From IMG/VR virus record IMGVR_UViG_3300037457_000047, positions 1-27,470 of that record: 27,470 nucleotides of DNA. One strand, given 5' to 3'. Below, piece by piece: positions 1 through 7,725 of the stretch. The notes below the pieces were generated by a model. It did no database searches. It was not told the DNA's origin and saw nothing but the letters and a program-made list of their open reading frames with translations. The position numbers and the translations under genes are program-made. Positions within the stretch are counted from its first letter, which is position 1. Each line of letters opens with the position of its first letter. The stretch comes from a virus (Duplodnaviria; Caudoviricetes).

Positions 1-130
1 GCTGGCGCTCAGTTGTGTGTCTGGCCGGGTTTTTCCCGGGAGTGCCGGATGTCGGTTTTGTTCTGTGATTGGTGCTGGCTGGGTTGCCGGTACCGTTTGG
101 GTCGCATTTCGGACAGGTTGGTGTATGTCG

Positions 131-460
131 ATGCCTGATGGGAAGCGGCGGCGGGCGGGTCGGGTGGAGTTGGCGTTGCGGCGGGATCTGCGCGGGTTTG
201 GTGATCTTCGGCGGAGCACGTTGGCGGAGTTGGCGTTGGTGATGGCCCAGGCGATCGACGGTGGCGTGTTGAGTAACGCTGAGAGGGTGAAGGCGGCCTC
301 GGAGCTTCGGGTGACGTTGGCGCAGCTGCGGGAGGTGCATCGTGACCTTGGTGTTGGCGAGGGAGATGGGGGCTTGCCTGCCCCTGTTTGGGACGCCGCG
401 GAGTCTGGGGCGGCCGACGTTGGGGTCTCAGGTGGGGGAGGTGGCTCGGCGGCTGGGTAA
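131..460 (+). CDS. terS: Putative terminase small subunit
   Basis: Short helical protein (STLAELALVMAQAIDGG...AASELRVTLAQL) directly upstream of and overlapping terL. The start is probably ATG 125 or 131 rather than 17. Confidence 0.65.
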   Translation: MPDGKRRRAGRVELALRRDLRGFGDLRRSTLAELALVMAQAIDGGVLSNAERVKAASELRVTLAQLREVHRDLGVGEGDGGLPAPVWDAAESGAADVGVSGGGGGSAAG

Positions 461-1931
461 GCCGTTGATGCCGCATCAGCAGCACGTGGCCGATGTGGGT
501 TTAGAGATTGACCCGGTTACGGGGGAGTTGGCCTATTCGCAGGTGATCGTGATCGGGCCGCGGCAGGTTACGGGGAAGACAGAGCTTGTGTTGCCGGTGT
601 TGACGCATCGGTGTGTGGGGTTTGACCGGGCGCTGGCTGGGTGGGTGCGGCGGGAGTTGGGTGTGCCGGTGGAGGTGCCGGATCCGCAGCGGGTGATGTA
701 CACCTCGCAGACGGCGGATAAGGCTCGGGCGCGGTGGCGTGATGTTCACGTGAAGCGGCTGGAGCGTTCGGCGTACCGGCGGCGGTTCACGGTGCGGCGG
801 CAGCGGAACTTTGAGGCGATCATCTGGAATAACGACGCGACGTGGTGTCCGGAGGCGACCACGTCGAAGACGGGTGGGACCGGTGATTCGGTGGACCTGG
901 CGGTGGTCGATGAGGCGTGGTCGAGGCCGGACAACCGGACGGAGCTGGGGTTGCGGCCGGCGATGATGACCCGCTGGTCGCGGCAGTTGTGGGTGTTGTC
1001 GATGATCCCGGGGTTGTCGAGGTGCCGGCCGGGGGAGTGGCCGTATCTGGCGGCGAAGCGGCTGCAGGGTCGGGCCCGGGTGGAGGCGGGTTCGACCAGT
1101 GGGGTGGCGTTTTTCGACTTCACGGCACCGGAGGGTTGGGATCCGGGGGATCCGGTGACGTGGCGGGCGTGTATGCCGGGGTTGGGGCGCACGGTGTCGG
1201 AGCGGACGGTCCGGGATGATTTCGAGTCGGGGATGCCGTTGGTGGATTTCTGCGCGGAGTATCTGGGGTGGGAGCCGATGGAGACCATGCCGCGGTGGAC
1301 GTTGCTGCCGCAGATTGTGTGGGATGAGCGGTACGACCCGGGTTCGCAGATTGTTGGTGTGCCGGCGTTGGCGGTGGAGTTTTCCGACGACCGGGAGCAG
1401 GCGTGGATCGGGGCGGCTGGTTGGCGGGAGGACGGGCACTACCACGTTGAGCTGGTGGAGCCGGGTGGGCAGGTGCCGGACACGATCCGGGGGGTGGACT
1501 GGGTGCAGCGGCGGTTGGTGGAGTTGGTGGAGTCGCACCGGCCGTGTGCGACGGTGATTGGCCGATCTCGACCGGCCGGGTCGTTGGTGGTTCCGCTGCG
1601 GAACCGGGGGGTTGAGGTGCTGACGCCGGGGTTGGGGGATGTGGCGGGGGCGTGTGGCCGGTTTTTCGACGCGACGGGTGCTCACCGGCCGGGGTCGGAC
1701 GGGGATGTGGATCCGGGGCCGGATGACGGGTTGCGGGTGCATCATCTGGGGCAGCCGTCGTTGGACCGGGCGATGGCGTCGGCCCGCCGGTACGACCTGG
1801 GTGGTGGGGCGTTCGTGTTCGTGGGTAAGGGCGCGCCGGCGGCGGTGTTGCCTTTGAACGTGGTGGTGTTGGCGTTGCATGGGCTGCTGGTGGTGGGGGC
1901 GCCTGCGCCGGAGCCGGACATCTTCGTCTGA
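366..1931 (+). CDS. terL: Terminase large subunit
   Basis: LMPHQ adenine-binding motif, Walker A-like GPRQVTGKT, Walker B LAVVDEAW, C-terminal nuclease-like region. ATG 366 follows a GAGGGAG purine run (ORF open from 342). Confidence 0.93.
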   Translation: MGACLPLFGTPRSLGRPTLGSQVGEVARRLGKPLMPHQQHVADVGLEIDPVTGELAYSQVIVIGPRQVTGKTELVLPVLTHRCVGFDRALAGWVRRELGVPVEVPDPQRVMYTSQTADKARARWRDVHVKRLERSAYRRRFTVRRQRNFEAIIWNNDATWCPEATTSKTGGTGDSVDLAVVDEAWSRPDNRTELGLRPAMMTRWSRQLWVLSMIPGLSRCRPGEWPYLAAKRLQGRARVEAGSTSGVAFFDFTAPEGWDPGDPVTWRACMPGLGRTVSERTVRDDFESGMPLVDFCAEYLGWEPMETMPRWTLLPQIVWDERYDPGSQIVGVPALAVEFSDDREQAWIGAAGWREDGHYHVELVEPGGQVPDTIRGVDWVQRRLVELVESHRPCATVIGRSRPAGSLVVPLRNRGVEVLTPGLGDVAGACGRFFDATGAHRPGSDGDVDPGPDDGLRVHHLGQPSLDRAMASARRYDLGGGAFVFVGKGAPAAVLPLNVVVLALHGLLVVGAPAPEPDIFV

Positions 1932-1948
1932 TCCCGACCCCCGGGCGC

Positions 1949-3910
1949 CTATTCGGGTCCGACGCTGCGGGTGCTGCCGCCGATCGCGCCGACTGTGACG
2001 GTTGACCCGTCGAGGGCGTGGCGCATCGGCTCGAACGGCAGCGGCGATTCCTGGGCGAGCAGCAGCAGCAGCGCCCCGGTCCCCTGGCCGGTGACTGTGG
2101 GTGTGCCGGCGGCGGCCGTTGCGGTCAGGGTGAGGGTGCACACCGTGCCTGGGCCGGCCGGGTCTGGTGCTCCGGCCCCCGGGTCGGTGGTCAGGGTGGT
2201 GGTGGCCGCGGTTCCGGCTCCGGTGACCTGTGGTGTGCCTGCGCCGGACAAGGTGGCCAGGGTGATGCCGGCTGGTTGGCCGGACCCGCCGCCGGGTTCG
2301 TCCGCGGTACCGGCGCCGGCGCCGGCGGTGAGGGTGAGCCCGGCCGGGTTTCCGGGCGAGGCGACCGCGGGGGTGCCCGAGCCAACGGCCGGGGTGACGG
2401 TGAGGCCGGGGGGCTGCCCGGCGCCCGCGGTGGCCGGTGTCCCGGTCCCGGTGTCGGCGGCCAGGGTGAGCGTGGCTGGGGTGCCGCTGCCGGAGTGTTC
2501 CTCCGGCCCGCCCTCGGCGGAGCCGGTTCCGGTGTCGGCGGTGAGGGTGAGGCTGGCCGGTGTGCCGGTGCCGGCGATGGCGGGGGTTCCGGCTCCGTCG
2601 GCCGGGGTGAGGGTGGTGTCGGTGGGCTGCCCGGCGCCGGTGGTGGCTGGTGTGCCGGTGCCCGAGCCGGGGGTCAGGGTGATGCTGTCGGCGGTTCCGG
2701 TACCGGAGTGTTCCTCCGGGCCGGCCTCGGCTACCGAGAACTCCACGAACGAGAACGCGTGGTTGATGCTCAGGGTGAAGCTGCGGGATCCGCCGCCGCC
2801 GGCCTTGCGTAGCCACATGCTCAACGCGAGCTTGTCGCCGGCGGCGAACGGACCGGCGAGCATCATCGTCTGTGTTTTCACGCCGACCGTGTTGTGCGCG
2901 GCGGAGGGTGTGGAGCTTTCCTGCAATACGCCGGCGCTGTTGTACCGGTGCACTATCCACTGGTATTGGAGTGTGCTGGCCGAGACCGCTGACATCGCGA
3001 TCGATGTGTTGATGGCCAGGCTGGCTTCCACTGTCGCGTCGACAGTTCGCCAGAACTCCAGGACCTTGGTGAAGCTGCCGGAGCTGATGCTGCCCGAGCC
3101 GATAGTGGTGGCGGTGCCCTGGGTCTCTGACAGGTCAAAGACCGTGCCGCCGGCGCCTGGCTCGTCCTGGGTGCTGCGCAGGTAGTTCCGGGACAGGGCC
3201 AGCAGGCTGGCGGTGGCGTAGATGAAATCGAGGTCGGTTACGTTGGTCGGAACCCCGACGCCGGCCGTGGTCTCATCGGCCCGGTTGAGCGTGAAGTCCT
3301 CCACGAACAGCAGCGCGTCGGGCTGGCTGAACTCCCAACCGGACGACGGCTCGGCGTCCAGCCAGAAGTCCAGGTGCTCATCGAGGCCCGCCGCCTCGAT
3401 CGCGGCGTCTCCGCCGGCATCGGCCGCCCACGGCAGGGAGTTCGCCCAGATCGCCGCGGCGGCGAAGTCGCTGCTCGCGCCATACCCGGAAGCCGCGTCC
3501 AGGGTCCGGACGCTGCCACCGGTTGGCGGGGTCCAGTCCAGCTGGGTCTCGGTCCCATCCTCGTGCACCCAGATACCTGTGGCCACGTTCTTCAGGCTCC
3601 ACCGGGGACGCACATCTCCCGTGTCTTTGCGTGCGACCAGCAGGTGCCAGTCGCCGATGGTGACGGCTGGTCCTTCCGTGCCCCAGATACCGCCGCCCTG
3701 CCAGAGAAGCAACGGATCCCCACCCAGCACCCCGATAGCGCCCAGGGACGCTCCGACAGCGTCGTGCAGGGTCACGATCCAGCGTAGGACCGGGTCTACC
3801 GCCGGCCGGAACAGGATCGCGATCGTGCCGTAGGCCAGGCCATCGACGCCACCGAGCCCAGTGGAGAACGCGATGTCGTCGGTGTCGCTGAGCCTACGGA
3901 CGATCGGCAT
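1949..3910 (-). CDS. Putative virion fibre/receptor-binding protein: N-terminal LamG/ConA-like beta domain, middle beta-sandwich, C-terminal Thr/Gly/Pro/Ala repeats
   Basis: 653 aa. N-terminal pattern (YGTIAILFRP...DWHLLVARK) resembles LamG-like domains of phage minor structural proteins. About 22-aa repeats. GGGGAG RBS upstream. Confidence 0.6.
   Translation of the reverse strand: MPIVRRLSDTDDIAFSTGLGGVDGLAYGTIAILFRPAVDPVLRWIVTLHDAVGASLGAIGVLGGDPLLLWQGGGIWGTEGPAVTIGDWHLLVARKDTGDVRPRWSLKNVATGIWVHEDGTETQLDWTPPTGGSVRTLDAASGYGASSDFAAAAIWANSLPWAADAGGDAAIEAAGLDEHLDFWLDAEPSSGWEFSQPDALLFVEDFTLNRADETTAGVGVPTNVTDLDFIYATASLLALSRNYLRSTQDEPGAGGTVFDLSETQGTATTIGSGSISSGSFTKVLEFWRTVDATVEASLAINTSIAMSAVSASTLQYQWIVHRYNSAGVLQESSTPSAAHNTVGVKTQTMMLAGPFAAGDKLALSMWLRKAGGGGSRSFTLSINHAFSFVEFSVAEAGPEEHSGTGTADSITLTPGSGTGTPATTGAGQPTDTTLTPADGAGTPAIAGTGTPASLTLTADTGTGSAEGGPEEHSGSGTPATLTLAADTGTGTPATAGAGQPPGLTVTPAVGSGTPAVASPGNPAGLTLTAGAGAGTADEPGGGSGQPAGITLATLSGAGTPQVTGAGTAATTTLTTDPGAGAPDPAGPGTVCTLTLTATAAAGTPTVTGQGTGALLLLLAQESPLPFEPMRHALDGSTVTVGAIGGSTRSVGPE
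2090..2704 (-). repeat. Nine degenerate ~22-codon tandem repeats within the fibre-like gene
   Basis: Units such as GAGQPTDTTLTPADGAGTPAIA and GSGTPATLTLAADTGTGTPATA. The exact 17-mer CCGGAGTGTTCCTCCGG occurs at 2490-2506 and 2703-2719, 213 nt apart. Confidence 0.85.
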
Positions 3911-3927
3911 AGGAGGTCAGGCTCCCC

Positions 3928-4242
3928 CTAGAACAGGGCTTCGACATGTGGCGCGAACTCGCGGAAGTTCACAGCAGGGTCCACAGTCTGGGCGCCCAGG
4001 TAGATCTGCCGCAGCTGGGCGTACTTGTTGTTGACCGTTCCGATCATGTTCGCATCTGGCGCGTCGACCGTGTCGGTGGGGTCAAACCCGAAGTTGGCGA
4101 CCAGGCCCGCGACCCCCTCCTGCTGGAAGAACGCGTCGAACTGTTCGATGTCGTTCATGATCTCGCGCAGCCGTACCGAGATCCCGCCGATCGTCTTGTT
4201 GATCTGGTCCTTCGTGGTCAGGGCCTTGTATCCGGCGGCCAT
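3928..4242 (-). CDS. Hypothetical helical protein, possibly fibre-associated or a chaperone
   Basis: 104 aa, AGGAGG RBS on the minus strand, normal high-GC codon usage, co-oriented within the reverse cassette. Confidence 0.75.
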   Translation of the reverse strand: MAAGYKALTTKDQINKTIGGISVRLREIMNDIEQFDAFFQQEGVAGLVANFGFDPTDTVDAPDANMIGTVNNKYAQLRQIYLGAQTVDPAVNFREFAPHVEALF

Positions 4243-4281
4243 GCCATCCTCCTAAGGTGACAGTTGTGACGTGGTTGGGGT

Positions 4282-4623
4282 TTAGCTGGCCGAGTAGGGG
4301 GCACTGTTCAGCGTGTACGTGCCCGCGGTGGCGAAGTTCTGTGATGCGGCCAGCAGCTCCCCGAAAAGGTAGGTCGCCCCGTTCCACGCCCCCCATCCGG
4401 TCACGGTCACCCCCGCCGGGATGTTGAACGCGGCCGAGCTGGCCACGTCGCCGGCGCCCGCGGTGGGCGCGCTGTACGTCTTGGCGACCTTGGCGTAGGT
4501 GCCGCCGGTGACCTCGTTAGCGCCGGTGGCCCCAGGGCCGGCACCGGTGTGCATGGACATCTGGGTGACCGTGCCGGCAACCCCCGAGTAGCCCGCGTTC
4601 AACGCCGCGGTACTGTTCGCCAT
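4282..4623 (-). CDS. Small beta-rich virion/fibre subunit-like protein
   Basis: 113 aa with the pattern SMHTGAGPGATGANEVTGGTYAK...FNIPAGVTVTGWGAW, recalling small actinophage tail-fibre-like structural proteins. Strong GGGAGGAG RBS. Confidence 0.65.
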   Translation of the reverse strand: MANSTAALNAGYSGVAGTVTQMSMHTGAGPGATGANEVTGGTYAKVAKTYSAPTAGAGDVASSAAFNIPAGVTVTGWGAWNGATYLFGELLAASQNFATAGTYTLNSAPYSAS

Positions 4624-4655
4624 TTTCTTCTCCTCCCACCACTACCACCGAGCCG

Positions 4656-4725
4656 AAACCGTAAAATTTGCGGCTGTCGCCATCCTAAACCGTAGAACCT
4701 GCTGACCTGGTGTTACGATGCGGCC
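4656..4725. promoter_or_regulatory. Divergent promoter region with a direct repeat
   Basis: + strand extended -10 TGtTACGAT (4711-4719) lies 6 nt before GTG 4726. Minus-strand TAGGAT at 4682-4687. AAACCGTARAA repeated at 4656 and 4687. Confidence 0.6.
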
Positions 4726-5085
4726 GTGGATCGGGTCGCCGGACTGCGTGCCGTGCTGGTCGCCAGCTGCGCCGTGGCCGGGGTGGGCGTGCTCGCCGGA
4801 CCCGGCTGGGCGTTGCTGGCCGCCGCGGCCGCGCTGTGGGTGATCCCCACCCCGGCCACGGTGGCCGGGTGGGTCGGCCGGGTCGGTACCCGGGCCTGGG
4901 TGGTAACCGCCACGGCCGGCCGGTGGGTCGCCGGCAGCCGCCGCCGGGTGGCCATCGTGACCGCGCCGGCTGCGGCGGTGCTGGCCCCGGTCGGGGTGGC
5001 CATGTCGCTGGGGGCCGGTGCCGGGCTGGTGGCCGCCGGGCTGGTCCTGGGCGGGATGTCCATGCTCACCGGCTGGAATGCGTAA
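4726..5085 (+). CDS. Small membrane protein upstream of portal
   Basis: 119 aa with several hydrophobic segments, in a typical pre-portal position. Confidence 0.7.
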   Translation: MDRVAGLRAVLVASCAVAGVGVLAGPGWALLAAAAALWVIPTPATVAGWVGRVGTRAWVVTATAGRWVAGSRRRVAIVTAPAAAVLAPVGVAMSLGAGAGLVAAGLVLGGMSMLTGWNA

Positions 5086-5094
5086 GGCACCGGC

Positions 5095-6552
5095 GTGGGC
5101 TGGCTGACCGGACCGCCGCAGCAGGCCAGCAAACAGGTGGCCCTGGTCGACGGCCGACAGCAGGGGTTCATGAGCCTGCCGTCCGGGACCGGCGCGGGCG
5201 GGCCGAACATGGCCGGGATGCTCGAGCAGGACGGGTCCTACCCGAACTATGCGGTCAACGGGTACGGCCGCAACGAGCTGGTCTACTCGTGCATCCGGTA
5301 CCGGGCCGAGTCGCTGCCTCAGTCGGTGCTACGGGTCTACCCGTACGGCGCGGCGCCGACCCCCGCCGGCAACGGCCTGGCGCTCAGTGACCACCGGCTG
5401 CGGAAGCTGTTCGAGACCCCGAACCCGGTCACGGACGAGTTCGAGTTCTTCGAGCTGTCCGTCACGTTCAAGGACCTGGCAGGCACGTGTTTCTGGCTGG
5501 CCGTGAACGGCCGCGACGGGCTTCCGAGCCAGTTGTGGCCGGTGCGGCCGGACCTGGTCGCAGTGCTGCCCAACCCGCGGAACCCGGCCGACTACGTGTG
5601 GGTGTACCGGCCGAACCCGGACCGGCCCGACCTGATGGTGCCTATCCCGGACGCCGGCTCCCCACGGGCGCAGCACGCGTCCGAGTACATGATCCGCATC
5701 CGGTACCCGAACCCGAACCCGAACAACCCGGCGGCACGCTATTTCGGCCAGCCGCCGCTTCGCCCGGCCGCCCGGGCGGTGACCCTGGACAACGCGGCCA
5801 CGGACTTCGTCGACACGCTGCTGCGCAACCACGCGATGCCGTCGGTGGTGATCGAGACGGAGTCGGAGGTCACCGACACGCTACACAAGCGGTTGAAGGC
5901 CCGGTGGCGGAACGCGTTCGGCGGCGCCAACCGGGGCGACCCGGCGTTCCTGCAGAAGGGGATGAAGGTCCACCAGCTGGCGTACACGATGACCGACCTC
6001 GAGTTCCCTGATCTGCGGGAGGTGTCCGAGGCGCGGGTGTGCATGTCCTTCGGGGTCGAGCCGATCCTGGTGGGCACCAAGCTGGGGCTGACCCACAACG
6101 CGTACAAGGACTACCGGGAGGCGCGGCTCAGCTTCTGGGAAGAGGCGATGTTCTCCGAACAGCGGCGGTTTGTCGAGCCGGTCCGGTCGCGGCTGTTGCC
6201 CCGGTTCGCCGGTGTCGGCCGACGGCGGGTGGCGGTGGAGTGGGACAACTCCGGGGTGCTGGCGCTGAAGGAGGCCGAGGGTGCGCGGTGGCAGCGGGCC
6301 ACCGAGGCGCTGGCCCGCGGGGGTATCACCCGCAACGACTTCCGGCAGATCGTCGGCCTGCCGGCAACCGCCGGCGGGGACGTGTTCCTGACCCCGTCCG
6401 GTGTGGTGCCGCAGCCGGCCGGCGACCCGCCGCCCGCGGGCGGCAACCAGGTGGGTGCCAGCCTCGGGCTGCTGGCGGCGGAGTTCGGGGTGGAGCTGTC
6501 CCGTGACGAGCTGCAGCGATTGAAAGCGATGGAGGAGATCGGCCATGGATGA
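5095..6552 (+). CDS. Portal protein (HK97 family)
   Basis: VYSCIRYRAESL, PNPVTDEFEF, LWPVRPDLV, NHAMPSVVI and ITRNDFRQIVGLPATAGGDVF match HK97-like portal patterns; synteny. Confidence 0.93.
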   Translation: MGWLTGPPQQASKQVALVDGRQQGFMSLPSGTGAGGPNMAGMLEQDGSYPNYAVNGYGRNELVYSCIRYRAESLPQSVLRVYPYGAAPTPAGNGLALSDHRLRKLFETPNPVTDEFEFFELSVTFKDLAGTCFWLAVNGRDGLPSQLWPVRPDLVAVLPNPRNPADYVWVYRPNPDRPDLMVPIPDAGSPRAQHASEYMIRIRYPNPNPNNPAARYFGQPPLRPAARAVTLDNAATDFVDTLLRNHAMPSVVIETESEVTDTLHKRLKARWRNAFGGANRGDPAFLQKGMKVHQLAYTMTDLEFPDLREVSEARVCMSFGVEPILVGTKLGLTHNAYKDYREARLSFWEEAMFSEQRRFVEPVRSRLLPRFAGVGRRRVAVEWDNSGVLALKEAEGARWQRATEALARGGITRNDFRQIVGLPATAGGDVFLTPSGVVPQPAGDPPPAGGNQVGASLGLLAAEFGVELSRDELQRLKAMEEIGHG

Positions 6553-7720
6553 GCAGCTGCTGTTCGGCGCGCCTGTCGTGTGGGACCTTGCCGCCGCCAA
6601 GGCCAATGGCGACTCGGGCATGCTCGAGGGCTACGCGTCGGTGTTCGACGTCGTCGACGAGCAGGACGACGTGGTCGCGCGGGGCGCGTTCAAGCCGGCG
6701 CTGGCCCGGTGGCGTGCCACCAAGAGCGTCGTTCCGCTGTCGGTAGAGACACACGGCCCGGACTCGAGGGCGATCATCGGCTCGATGGTGCGGGGACTTG
6801 AGGACGCTCATGGGTTGAAGTTCGCCGCCAAGGTGTCGGCAGACCCCGATGCGCAATCGGCCCGCAAGAAGGCGATCGAGGGGCATCTGCGCGGCATGTC
6901 GTTCCTGGCCACGATCGCGAAGCGGTCGACTGGCATGCGCGGCGGGCGGGAGGTGCGGGTGATCGAGGAGTTTGGGCGGTTGCTGCAGATCACCCTCACC
7001 GGCTACCCGGTGAACATGCAGGCGATGCTGACCGTGGCGAAGTCCGGCATGCCGGTGCACCACACCGCGGTCACAGACGCGGGCCGGTGGGACGCCGGCG
7101 CCAACGTGGCCCGGATCAGCAAGGACACCGCCGCCACCCTGCGTGGCATGTACGCGATGGCCCGCCCCGGCGTCGACCCGGACACGAAGGGTGCCTACGC
7201 GTTGCCGCACCACGTGGTGGGTGAGGACGGCCGCCCGGGCCCGGCTCACATCGCCGCGGTCCGCAACGCGCTGGCCCGGCTGCCAACGGCTCAGGGATTC
7301 GACGACACCGCCCGCACCGCTGCGGAGAAGCACCTCCGCGCGCACCTGGACGACTTCAACGCCCGGGCGGCCGCGGGCCTGGACCTGCCCGGTGGTTGGT
7401 CTGATGACATGCGCTCGGCGTTGGCCATCTCAGACCCGGTGGCCAGTAAGGCCGCGGTGGACCGGCTGGTGACCTCCGCCTACGGCCCGGCGCTGGCCGG
7501 CGGCTACCGCCACCTGGACCCGGCAACGGCACCTGAGCCCAGTCACGTAGAAGACCCCCAGAGCAGCGCACGGTACGCTCTGGAATTGATCGGAGAAACC
7601 GGCGAGGGCGCCGGCGGCGACTCGACATCTGACTCACTCGCCGACCTGATGGCCTCGGTAGAGGCCGCCAACACATCCACGGCGCTCGACCAGCTGATGG
7701 TCGAGCTGGACGAAGGGTAA
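6545..7720 (+). CDS. HK97-family prohead protease with C-terminal extension
   Basis: LEGYASVFDVVDEQDDVVARGAF, candidate catalytic His (VETH) and Ser (GMSF), ITLTGYPVN. About 220 aa of extra C-terminal sequence. Confidence 0.88.
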   Translation: MDEQLLFGAPVVWDLAAAKANGDSGMLEGYASVFDVVDEQDDVVARGAFKPALARWRATKSVVPLSVETHGPDSRAIIGSMVRGLEDAHGLKFAAKVSADPDAQSARKKAIEGHLRGMSFLATIAKRSTGMRGGREVRVIEEFGRLLQITLTGYPVNMQAMLTVAKSGMPVHHTAVTDAGRWDAGANVARISKDTAATLRGMYAMARPGVDPDTKGAYALPHHVVGEDGRPGPAHIAAVRNALARLPTAQGFDDTARTAAEKHLRAHLDDFNARAAAGLDLPGGWSDDMRSALAISDPVASKAAVDRLVTSAYGPALAGGYRHLDPATAPEPSHVEDPQSSARYALELIGETGEGAGGDSTSDSLADLMASVEAANTSTALDQLMVELDEG

Positions 7721-7725
7721 GGGCA

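Noticed and set aside
501-2960. 819-aa minus-strand ORF and similar long Arg/Pro-rich ORFs (e.g. 19555-21576, 1971-3185, 14863-16149)
   Set aside because: Shadow frames of real genes in high-GC DNA, with biased composition and no recognisable motifs.
1949-3910. Diversity-generating retroelement target
   Set aside because: No reverse transcriptase and no TR/VR repeat pair with adenine-specific mismatches seen in the window.
1932-4725. Recombinase-invertible (phase-variable) fibre cassette
   Set aside because: I found no convincing inverted repeats at the two junctions and no intact invertase nearby. The cassette has its own promoter, consistent with a fixed orientation.
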